A DNA stretch of 64,000 nt from Clostridia bacterium. GTDB taxonomy: Bacteria > Bacillota > Clostridia > Oscillospirales > CAG-272. The stretch spans positions 25,994 through 89,993 of the forward strand of contig JAFTOI010000029.1 in the NCBI GenBank assembly GCA_017463865.1, read 5' to 3'. Position numbers and translations under genes: made by a program. The notes beneath the pieces were generated by a model that saw only the letters and a list, made by a program, of their open reading frames with translations, was not told the origin of the DNA and did not search any database. The stretch's first letter is position 1. Each line of letters starts with the position of its first letter. Below are positions 52,256 to 60,176 of the stretch, one piece after another.

Positions 52256-54298
52256 CTAGAAGCTCACCCGCCGCATGCGGTCGATCACCGCCCGCAGCTC
52301 GTATTTGCGCGGCAGATCAAGGAACCGCGCACAGGTGGTGAAGTAGCTCGTCCAGACGCAGTCGAGCCCCTCTTCGGCAATGCGGGCGTACAGGGCATCA
52401 ATGGCGGCGTCGAGGTCGACGACCCGATCTCGGTTGGCCAGCATCAGGGCGCGGAGCATGAAACCGATGGCATCAAGCTGACGCGGGGTGACGATGTCGT
52501 GCAGGCCGCGAACATCGACCCGCTCGTCGCCGATGAAGACGAAGCCCATGTCCGACACGGTCAGCCTCTCACTGCCGCTTCCGGCGGGGTAGGAGGTGAA
52601 GCCCTCGCCGTGCAGACGGCGGGCTTGCGCCCAGTCGGCGGGTGCGGGGCAGTCGGGCACGGCGGCGGTGCAGATTTCCCGCGCACGGTCGGTGACGTCG
52701 TGGATGCGATAATCCTCCATGAGGTAGATGCGGTCGGCGACGGCGAGGTACTCGCCGCTGCCGCCGATGACGAGGACGGTGGAAATGCCCCGCCCGCTGA
52801 GCTCCAGCACCCGGTCGGTGAAGGGGGTGATCGGTTCGCGCTCGATCAGGGCCTTCATCATGCGGTCGCGGATCATGAAGTTGGTGGCACTGCGGTCCTC
52901 GTCGATGAGCAGCAGCCGCGCACCGCCGTCGACCGCCTCCATGATGTTCGCCGCCTGAGAAGTCGAGCCGGAGGCGTGATCGGTGGAAAAGTGCGCCGTA
53001 TCCCCGCCCGGCAGCCACTTGATGAAGGGCGAAATGTTGACATTTTTGACACTGCGCCCGTCCTCGGCTGAAATGGTGACGGCACTCTCGTCGGTGATGC
53101 ACAGCTCGCGGCCGTCCCCTGCCGCGTGGTCGTAGATGCCGGCCGAGATGGCGTCGAGCAGGGTCGATTTGCCCGAATAGCCGCCGCCCGTGATAACCGT
53201 CACGCCCCGGTGGATACCCATCCCGCGCAGGCCGCAGACCTCGATCTCGTCACCCGGCGTCGATTCGAAGGGGATCGCACTCTCCATCGGCATGTCGGTG
53301 CCCTTGGCGCGGGGGAGGATGCTGCCATTGGCGAGGAAGGCGCAGTAATCGCTTGTCTTCAGCCACGCGCGGATGGCCGCCTGCCGCTCAGCCAGCGCCA
53401 GCGCGCGCCCGAGCGCCGCGCCGTCGAACTGCGCGATGAACAGCTCCACCGCCTCAGGCAGGTCGCGGCAGAGCATCTGAATGGCCCGCCGCAGCTTGCG
53501 GTGAGGCAGCTGCACCTGCATCCGGATGCAGAGGCACATCTGCGGCGGCCGTTCGACGCCGTCGTCAAGGAGGTAGACGGTCGCCCCTGCGCCGTTTTCG
53601 TAATCCTTCTGCGGGCAGAGGGCGAAGTAAGCCGTATTGCGCACAAGCACCTCGCCGCCCGGGCGGCAGAGGTAGTATTTGCCGTTCTCGCTGTCGGGGC
53701 GGGAGCGGTTGTACAGCGCCTCGTTGAGGGTATCGATATAGGGAGAGAAGGCGCGCAGACAGTGGTCAGCGGCGGCCGCGGTGCATGCTTCAGGCAGGAC
53801 GCCCAGCGCGTCAGCGGGGATCTGCCAGGTCAGCGTCGGCTTATCCTGCGCCAACTTGTTCGTCGTCGAGACGGTAACCGAAAGGTCATCGTACCAGTAG
53901 GTGGGGTCGTATTGCTCCTCGGCGAAGTCGCCGGGGTTGCCGTAGGTGTGCGGCGGAATGATGATCTTCCCTTCGTACATCGCTTTGTAAGTGGTCGTGT
54001 TGTTCTCAAGTCCCAGCAAATAGTGTTTGAGTCGCTTCATCGGCATTCCTCCATTCGGTTGGTTCAGGAAAAGTTCGGCGGGGATGCGGACGGTCACCGT
54101 CGGGCAGCCCTGCGCCAGCTTATGCGAGCGTTCGAAGTGATAGGCGATATCCGCATCCGCCCAGTAGGTCGGCTCATACGCGCCCCACGGCTCGCCATGC
54201 GGCGGGTGGATGGAGATTGCGCCCTCGTAGAGTGCGGTGTAGGTCTGGGTGGTCGGCTCCATACCGAGCAGAAAGTGTTTGAGTCGTTTCAGAAGCAT
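52256..54298 (-). CDS. ABC-class ATPase (PF09818-like) with a duplicated N-terminal domain
   Basis: 680-aa ORF; Walker A GGGYSGKST and Walker B LLLIDEDRSATN. Residues 1-86 and 87-170 are tandem homologs. An internal start at 54040 has a better-spaced GGAGG. Confidence 0.75.
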   Translation of the reverse strand: MLLKRLKHFLLGMEPTTQTYTALYEGAISIHPPHGEPWGAYEPTYWADADIAYHFERSHKLAQGCPTVTVRIPAELFLNQPNGGMPMKRLKHYLLGLENNTTTYKAMYEGKIIIPPHTYGNPGDFAEEQYDPTYWYDDLSVTVSTTNKLAQDKPTLTWQIPADALGVLPEACTAAAADHCLRAFSPYIDTLNEALYNRSRPDSENGKYYLCRPGGEVLVRNTAYFALCPQKDYENGAGATVYLLDDGVERPPQMCLCIRMQVQLPHRKLRRAIQMLCRDLPEAVELFIAQFDGAALGRALALAERQAAIRAWLKTSDYCAFLANGSILPRAKGTDMPMESAIPFESTPGDEIEVCGLRGMGIHRGVTVITGGGYSGKSTLLDAISAGIYDHAAGDGRELCITDESAVTISAEDGRSVKNVNISPFIKWLPGGDTAHFSTDHASGSTSQAANIMEAVDGGARLLLIDEDRSATNFMIRDRMMKALIEREPITPFTDRVLELSGRGISTVLVIGGSGEYLAVADRIYLMEDYRIHDVTDRAREICTAAVPDCPAPADWAQARRLHGEGFTSYPAGSGSERLTVSDMGFVFIGDERVDVRGLHDIVTPRQLDAIGFMLRALMLANRDRVVDLDAAIDALYARIAEEGLDCVWTSYFTTCARFLDLPRKYELRAVIDRMRRVSF

Positions 54299-54338
54299 TC
54301 CTCCAGTCGTATTGATGTTGCAGGTTTCGTTTTGCGCA

Positions 54339-54526
54339 TAAAAAATCCCCCCTCTCGCGTCCGAGAAGGGGGATCAAACCAACAAAAAACGCACCCTCTC
54401 GGATGCGTAACGTCGCGGATCAACAGGCATAGGGCGGGGATCAGAGCGTACCCCCACGGCGATCGGTCGGACATCCGAATATGAACATGAGTTTCATGTC
54501 GATCGCCTCCTTTGGCTGAAGATTCT
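54339..54526 (-). promoter_or_regulatory. leader region: 18-codon sORF followed by two tandem intrinsic terminators
   Basis: sORF 54497..54441 (MKLMFIFGCPTDRRGGTL) behind AAAGGAGG with 8-nt spacing. T1 CGCATCC-GAGA-GGGTGCG + TTTTTTG (54384-54407). T2 CCCCCTTCTCG-GACG-CGAGAGGGGGG + ATTTTTTA (54339-54372). Confidence 0.55.
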
Positions 54527-54532
54527 GGGGAT

Positions 54533-54561
54533 AGGATAGCATAAATTTGCACATTTGTCAA
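54533..54561 (-). promoter_or_regulatory. sigma-70 promoter of the leader/ABC-class ATPase unit
   Basis: Minus strand TTGACA (54556-54561), 17 nt ending in TGC, TATCCT (54533-54538). Confidence 0.55.
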
Positions 54562-54611
54562 GAGATTTGCACAAAATATTTTACCTGCACGCAACAGTTG
54601 TTTGCGAAGGC

Positions 54612-54641
54612 TTGACATGCAGTCATATGATGTGATACAAT
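54612..54641 (+). promoter_or_regulatory. promoter of the membrane protein/MutS-like operon
   Basis: TTGACA (54612-54617), 18 nt, TACAAT (54636-54641). Confidence 0.5.
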
Positions 54642-54668
54642 AAAAACAGACAACATTTGGAGGTGCCT

Positions 54669-55253
54669 ATGGCCGTCTATCTCACCATCGCCGCCGTCGC
54701 GGCACTGATCTTCGCCTATCCCCACATCCGCATCTTTGTCAAGCGCATCTCGCTCGCCCTCCGCCTGCGCCGTTTCTGCCGCAAGCATGGCGTGACAATG
54801 ACCCCATCGAACCCGCTGTGGTTCCTCGCATCGAAGCGCAGCACCCACCCCGCGCTCTTCCTTGAAACAGCCACGCACGCCTGGGCGATTGCCCTCTTCT
54901 CAGTCCCCAAGCGGGCCAGCACCCTCATCCTCAGCGACAACGGCACCTATCAGATCGAGACCTATCTGACGCTCATCAACGTCCTGACCGTCACCTACCA
55001 CTTCCACAACCGTCCCCGCCCCTTAGCCGAGGTCAACTACTACACCGGAGCCCCCGACCGCGTGTGGGTGAAGCACTTCACCCCCGTCACGCTGGTCAAT
55101 CCCGGCTGTCTCGGCATGAAGGCCAACCTGCACGGCCGCGCAGAGCTCCTCGGCAACGGCGACACCTTCGGCGGCGCCGTCTGGTGCTCCTTCGACCGCC
55201 TGCGGAGCATGATCGAATTTGCACTCGACCGCGAAGCCGGTCGGGTAGAATAG
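54669..55253 (+). CDS. hypothetical N-terminally membrane-anchored protein (194 aa)
   Basis: ORF 54657..55253 (TTG) trimmed to ATG 54669 behind GGAGG; one TM segment (AVYLTIAAVAALIFAYP) followed by a soluble domain. Confidence 0.65.
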   Translation: MAVYLTIAAVAALIFAYPHIRIFVKRISLALRLRRFCRKHGVTMTPSNPLWFLASKRSTHPALFLETATHAWAIALFSVPKRASTLILSDNGTYQIETYLTLINVLTVTYHFHNRPRPLAEVNYYTGAPDRVWVKHFTPVTLVNPGCLGMKANLHGRAELLGNGDTFGGAVWCSFDRLRSMIEFALDREAGRVE

Positions 55254-55262
55254 GAGGCCCCA

Positions 55263-56732
55263 ATGTCCCCTTCCCTGCTCTGGCTCGACGAGATCGCCGC
55301 CCATCCCGCCGTCGAGCGGCATGTCTTCGTCGACTGCGGCCTCGCCGCCGTGCTGCCCGGCGCGGCGGTCGATGTGCTGTCCCATCTCTGCACGCACGAC
55401 GAGATCATCATGCGGCAGGCCGTTTTCGCGCACCTGCGCGACGCGGCGGCCGCGCCCCGCTTCGCGGCCCTCTCCGACGCCCTCGACCGCCTCTCGGCGG
55501 CGCATCATGCCTGGGTCAACGCAGCGACAGCCGCCGAACGGCTGTTCCTGCGCGCGGCACTGCTGCGCCGATATACCGAGGTCTATCCGCTGATGCTCGC
55601 CCTCACGCGGGATGGCCTGCTGACGGCGTCACACACGGCCTTCTGGCCGGCGCGCGAGGATGAATTTGCGGCACTCACCGCCGCGCTGGAGGGGATCACG
55701 GCAAGCCTCGCCGTTCTGTCAACATCCACCCTCACCTGGAGCGAGAAGGACGGCGCCGCCCTGATGGCGCCGTCCGACACCGAGCGCGCTATCTCCGTCC
55801 GTGCCGCCGCCTGCGCGGCGGCACTCGGGATCGAGCTGCCCGCTGAAAAGCCCTCGCCCATGCGGCTGGACGCGCCTTTCTCGGACGCGATCCTCGCCCT
55901 GCATGCCGACACGGCGGCATCGCTCGAGGCGGCCCTTGCCGCTTTTGATACCCTGCCCATTCTTGACCTGCTCACCTGCCGCGATGAGCTCTATTTCTGT
56001 GCCTCGATCAGCGCCCTGCTCGACCGCGCCGCCGCGCGCGGCTTCGCCGTGACGATGCCGACTGTTGCCGACGCGCCCACCTTCGACGCCGACGCCCTCT
56101 GTGACCTCACCCTCCTCGCGACCGACGCGCAGATCATCCCCAACGACGCGCGCTTCGCCCCGGGAAAACGCTTCTTCTTCCTCACCGGCGCGAACGGGGG
56201 CGGCAAAACGACCTATCTGCGCACCGTCGTCGGCAATCTGCTCCTTTTCCTCGGCGGCTGTCCCATCGTCGCCGCGCGGGCGTCGATTTATCCGTGGCGC
56301 GCCGTCGCCACCCACTTCCCGGCTGACGAGCAGTTCTCGGGCACCGGCCGCTTTGTCGACGAGCAGAACCGCTCTGCCGCCCTGCGCGCCGAAGCCGACC
56401 GCGTGGGCGGGCGGGACTGCTTCTTCTGCTTCAACGAGACCTTCTCGGGCACCGACCGCCAGAAGGGCCTGACCCACACCGTCGAGCTCGCGCAGGCGCT
56501 GGCCGGCGCAGGCGTTGCCGGGCTGTTCGTCACCCACTTCCACGAGGTCAGCGAGGCCGGCCTGCCCATGCTCTGCACCGTCGTCGACCGCGACGACGAA
56601 AACCGCCGCACCTACAAGATCGTCGAACAGTCGGGCATCGGCTCGTCCTACGCCCGCGATGTCCTGCGCAAGTACCGCCTCGACGCGGCGTCCCTCGCCG
56701 CGCGGCTGGCTGAGAAGGAGGGCGCGCGATGA
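55263..56732 (+). CDS. MutS-related ATPase (domain III/V only), paralog A
   Basis: 489 aa; Walker A LTGANGGGKTTYLR, FNETFSGTD Walker B-like, VTHFHEV. No mismatch-binding or Smr domain recognisable. Confidence 0.75.
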   Translation: MSPSLLWLDEIAAHPAVERHVFVDCGLAAVLPGAAVDVLSHLCTHDEIIMRQAVFAHLRDAAAAPRFAALSDALDRLSAAHHAWVNAATAAERLFLRAALLRRYTEVYPLMLALTRDGLLTASHTAFWPAREDEFAALTAALEGITASLAVLSTSTLTWSEKDGAALMAPSDTERAISVRAAACAAALGIELPAEKPSPMRLDAPFSDAILALHADTAASLEAALAAFDTLPILDLLTCRDELYFCASISALLDRAAARGFAVTMPTVADAPTFDADALCDLTLLATDAQIIPNDARFAPGKRFFFLTGANGGGKTTYLRTVVGNLLLFLGGCPIVAARASIYPWRAVATHFPADEQFSGTGRFVDEQNRSAALRAEADRVGGRDCFFCFNETFSGTDRQKGLTHTVELAQALAGAGVAGLFVTHFHEVSEAGLPMLCTVVDRDDENRRTYKIVEQSGIGSSYARDVLRKYRLDAASLAARLAEKEGAR

Positions 56733-58198
56733 CCCACAGCTTGCTCTACGCCCCCGGGCGCGTCCCCGAAGCCGCACCCCGCGCCGATGAATCGATCCTC
56801 ACCGCCCTCTCGCTCGACCGGGCGCTCACTATCATCCTCCCCGACGTGGGCGAACGCCGCTATGTCTCAGCCCTCCTCGCCGCCCCCCTCTCCGATGCAG
56901 GCGACATCACCTACCGCCAGGCCGTCATGCGCAATTTCCTCGATCATCCCGCCATGCTGCCCGCGTGGCAGACGCTCTTCGGGCGGTTGCTCGAGCTGCG
57001 CCGCGCTTACGAAGAAGACCGCCGCCAGCGCATCAGCGCGACGGCACGGGCGCGGGAGGCCGCCCTCTTCGGTGAGGCGAAGTCGCGGTTGCAGATGGCC
57101 GCGCTGACGCTGAAGCGGCTCCTGCTCCTCATCGGCGAGATGCACGAGCGGCTGTCGGGCTATCCCGTCTCGGCCGAGGGACTGCGCACCGTCACCGCCC
57201 GCCTCGCCGACCTTGCCCGCGCCGAGGCGACAGCCGAGCTGATCGAGCGCTGCGGCATGCTGACCGACCTCAGCTCGTTTGCCAGCTACCGCTTCGCCCT
57301 CGCCATCGACGCCGACGGGCGCATCACCGGGCGCACCTACCTCGACCGCGCCGATAAGCCTACGCAGGCGGCAGAGCCGCCCCGCCGCCGCTTCTTCGCC
57401 CCTCGCAAAACCGAGGAAACCGCACCGCGCAAGGTCACGATCGACGCCGCCTTCCCCGCCCTGCGCCGCCAGCTGATCGGGCAGGGGCTGACCGAGGCCG
57501 CCCTCACCCTCGAGCGCATCTGCTCGGCCCTCTTCGCCGAGCTCTGCCCTCTGGCCCGGGAGCTGATCTTCTACGCCGCCGGCGTCCGCTTCGCCGCCTG
57601 CTTTGCCGAGCGCGGCCTGCCCACCGCTCTGCCCGTCATCGCCGATGACGGCACGATCAGCGGCACCGGCCTGTACGATCCGTTTCTTGCCGCCACCATG
57701 CTGGGCGGCGGCGCGATCATCCCGAACGACTTCACCATGCCCGGCGACACCCCCGGCGTGCTCGTCACCGGCGCAAACAACAGCGGCAAGACCGTCTTCC
57801 TGCGCTCGGTCGGCAGCGCGATCCTGCTGGGGCAGGCCGGCTTCCCGGTCTGCGCGGCGTCCACCGTGATCACGCCGGTGCGGACAGTGACAAGCGTCTT
57901 CGCCGCCGCCGAGAAGGCCGACGGCGTGGGCAGCGAAGCCGGCCGCTTCGAGGAAGAGGTGCGCCTGCTCAGCGACGCCGTCGACCGCGCCGCGCCGGGC
58001 GAGCTAATCCTGCTCAACGAGCCCTTCCAAACCACCGCCTACGGCGAGGGCGCGGAGGGACTGGCGGCCATCCTGCGCTATCTGCAGGCGCGCGGCACGC
58101 GCTGGGTGCTGGTGACGCACCTCGACGCGCTCCCGCCACTGGTGGGCGGCGCACTGCGGATGGTGAGCCGGGAGGATCATCGAGTGGTGGCGATATGA
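56729..58198 (+). CDS. MutS-related ATPase (domain III/V only), paralog B
   Basis: 489 aa; Walker A VTGANNSGKTVFLR, LLNEPFQTT Walker B-like, VTHLDAL; ATGA overlap with paralog A. Confidence 0.75.
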   Translation: MTHSLLYAPGRVPEAAPRADESILTALSLDRALTIILPDVGERRYVSALLAAPLSDAGDITYRQAVMRNFLDHPAMLPAWQTLFGRLLELRRAYEEDRRQRISATARAREAALFGEAKSRLQMAALTLKRLLLLIGEMHERLSGYPVSAEGLRTVTARLADLARAEATAELIERCGMLTDLSSFASYRFALAIDADGRITGRTYLDRADKPTQAAEPPRRRFFAPRKTEETAPRKVTIDAAFPALRRQLIGQGLTEAALTLERICSALFAELCPLARELIFYAAGVRFAACFAERGLPTALPVIADDGTISGTGLYDPFLAATMLGGGAIIPNDFTMPGDTPGVLVTGANNSGKTVFLRSVGSAILLGQAGFPVCAASTVITPVRTVTSVFAAAEKADGVGSEAGRFEEEVRLLSDAVDRAAPGELILLNEPFQTTAYGEGAEGLAAILRYLQARGTRWVLVTHLDALPPLVGGALRMVSREDHRVVAI

Positions 58199-58203
58199 AC
58201 GCA

Positions 58204-58476
58204 ATTCCGCGCTTCCGCGCGGGGAGGGGGAAAGGACCATCTCAGACGCCGAATGTTCCCAGACTTGGCTTCGCCAAGTCACGAAGTCGGCCTTGCCGAC
58301 TTCTGTTTCCCCCTCTTGCCGCCTCCGGCGGCAATTCACGCCCTATCTCCTTGGCTGGGCGCGCCAGCCCATAGCAAAATCAGCCCCGAAACATACGTTT
58401 CGGGGCAATTTCAGTATGTGACGCTGGAACTTCGGCGTAGCCAAGAAAGGTGGGTGTCCAGCGGGAGGGCGAAAAA
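58204..58476. repeat. REPIN/MITE-like repeat, long variant with a deleted right arm (copy B)
   Basis: Collinear with copy A from the left terminus through GTCCAGCGGGAGGG, then jumps directly to CGAAAAAG. The loop and 3' arm of the right hairpin are missing. Confidence 0.8.
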
Positions 58477-58545
58477 GTCTGCACAGCAGAATGGTTATGG
58501 TGAAACCCTAAAATACATGCCATTGCATACATCAAAGCGTTTCTT

Positions 58546-58785
58546 TTATTCTTCATACAGCGGCTTCGGCTGATCCACAAGTCCGAGCAGATAATCGACG
58601 GACAGATTGTAGTGCTTGGCCAAAATGATATATTTATCCACCCCCATCATCTGCTTACCGGTCTCCCACTTGCTGATCTGCTGGGAGGTGGTTTTCAGCA
58701 GGACAGCGACATCCTCCTGAGAAAGATAATGGGCTTTTCTTGCGCGCTGTAAATAATTCGGGTACGTCTTTTCGGGAGAGCTCAC
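58546..58785 (-). CDS. XRE family small HTH repressor (module 1)
   Basis: 79 aa; GTG start behind AAGGAGG; LSQEDVAVLLKTTSQQISKWETGKQMMGVDKYIILAKHYNLSVDYLLGLVDQPKPLYE; AT-rich. Confidence 0.8.
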   Translation of the reverse strand: MSSPEKTYPNYLQRARKAHYLSQEDVAVLLKTTSQQISKWETGKQMMGVDKYIILAKHYNLSVDYLLGLVDQPKPLYEE

Positions 58786-58842
58786 ACAGCTGTCCTCCTT
58801 TGATGGAATTTTTCAATTTTTTTACGAATATTGAAAAAGGAC

Positions 58843-58871
58843 TTGACAACCACCTCATAAGGTGATATAAT
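58843..58871 (+). promoter_or_regulatory. divergent consensus promoter with XRE-type operator repeats (module 1)
   Basis: TTGACA (58843-58848), 17 nt, TATAAT (58866-58871). CACCTCATAAGGTGA (58851-58865) and TCACCTTATAGGATGC (58886-58901) are inverted. Confidence 0.6.
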
Positions 58872-59063
58872 GCAAATACAAAATATCACCTTATAGGATG
58901 CGATTTATGGAAATCATTTACTTCTTCTTGAGATTTATTTTTCTGCATCGAATGCATCTGGCAAAAGCGAATCATAAGCGTATAAAGGCCGCGATCCTCT
59001 GCCAAAGACGGCCTTCAACACACACATTGGATAGTGTTTGACACGCAGGAATTTACAATTTGT

Positions 59064-60107
59064 TCACACATTCCAGATCGGGTTGCCGATGGCGATGCGC
59101 AGGTCGCGCGACACATCAAACACCTCGGCACGATAGAATGCCGCATCCTCGGTGTCGAAGGCGATATAGTTCGGCTCCTCACAGCTGATGGGCTGGCTGT
59201 GGACGACGCCCTTGTCGGTGAGGATGTCCACGCGGTATTCGTGGTCGGTGATCTTCACCGTGCGGTGGAAGTCGCTGACACCCAGCACCAGGCGCTGGCC
59301 GGCGAGGGCACAGCGGCCGCCCATGCGGGTATCGCCGACGCACATGCGCATGCCGACCGGGCCGCAGGTGAAGTCGCCCACGCGGAGGTGGGGCAGGTAG
59401 GCTGCGTCGGCGTGGGCTTCGGCGTAGAGGGTGGTCAGCGCGGTGTCCTCGCAGCACTTGTGGCCGTCGCCGCCGGCGCAGGCCCAGACGCGCTTGCCCG
59501 CGGCGAGGAGGTCGGTCCAGAGGATGTAGTTTTTCTCGGTGTGGCGGCTGGTGATGCTGCGGTAGAAGACCTCGAGGCCTGTCTCGTCGCGGAACCAGTA
59601 TTCCAGCGGGTCGTCGGCCTGCATCTGCTGCTTGGGGTGGGGGTGGACGAAGAAGCCGCCGCGGGCACGGACGGCGTCGATGAGTTCGCCGAAGCGGGCG
59701 CGGGTGAAGTGGGGGTAGTTGAAGTGCCCCTCGGGGCCGCCGGTGAAGCCGTACTCGGGGAAGGCGGCGAGGAGATCTTCGAGCGGCTCGGGGCTGTCGA
59801 AGATCATGTTATAGTGGACGGACTTATCGGTGGCGTTGCTGTCGTCGATGATAGTGCCGGGCTCGGTGCCGCAGATGAAGAGGCCGTCCTGCCACTCGGG
59901 AAGGTACATGTGGCGCACCTGCTTATGGTCGAGGATGGCGGCGAAGTCCATTTTGAGGGCTTCGAGGGCGCCCGTCCAGTGGGCGAGGGTGCGCTTGCCG
60001 TCGCTGGTGCCGCCGGTGTCGGCGTGGTCGTGGAGCTCGCCGTGGAAGGGCTGGCGGCCGGCGTAGAGGGTATCGAGATGAAGGATGTCTTGTTCGGTAG
60101 CGGGCAT
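59064..60107 (-). CDS. PHP/CehA-McbA-like metallohydrolase family protein
   Basis: 347 aa; HGELHDHADTGGTSDGK N-terminal His motif; AAGGAGG RBS. Confidence 0.65.
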   Translation of the reverse strand: MPATEQDILHLDTLYAGRQPFHGELHDHADTGGTSDGKRTLAHWTGALEALKMDFAAILDHKQVRHMYLPEWQDGLFICGTEPGTIIDDSNATDKSVHYNMIFDSPEPLEDLLAAFPEYGFTGGPEGHFNYPHFTRARFGELIDAVRARGGFFVHPHPKQQMQADDPLEYWFRDETGLEVFYRSITSRHTEKNYILWTDLLAAGKRVWACAGGDGHKCCEDTALTTLYAEAHADAAYLPHLRVGDFTCGPVGMRMCVGDTRMGGRCALAGQRLVLGVSDFHRTVKITDHEYRVDILTDKGVVHSQPISCEEPNYIAFDTEDAAFYRAEVFDVSRDLRIAIGNPIWNV

Positions 60108-60136
60108 GGTGTGGCCTCCTTTGGTGTGTTGACACC

Positions 60137-60165
60137 ATTATAGCCGATGGCGGGCGGATTTGCAA
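60137..60165 (-). promoter_or_regulatory. putative promoter of the PHP-like gene
   Basis: Minus strand TTGCAA (60160-60165), 17 nt, TATAAT (60137-60142). Confidence 0.5.
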
Positions 60166-60176
60166 GGGGTTTGGGG

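Noticed and set aside
54289-54618. 109-aa track ORF spanning the ATPase leader region.
   Set aside because: It runs across the promoter, the strongly initiated 18-codon sORF (in a different frame) and both terminators, and it has no RBS. The regulatory interpretation explains the sequence better.
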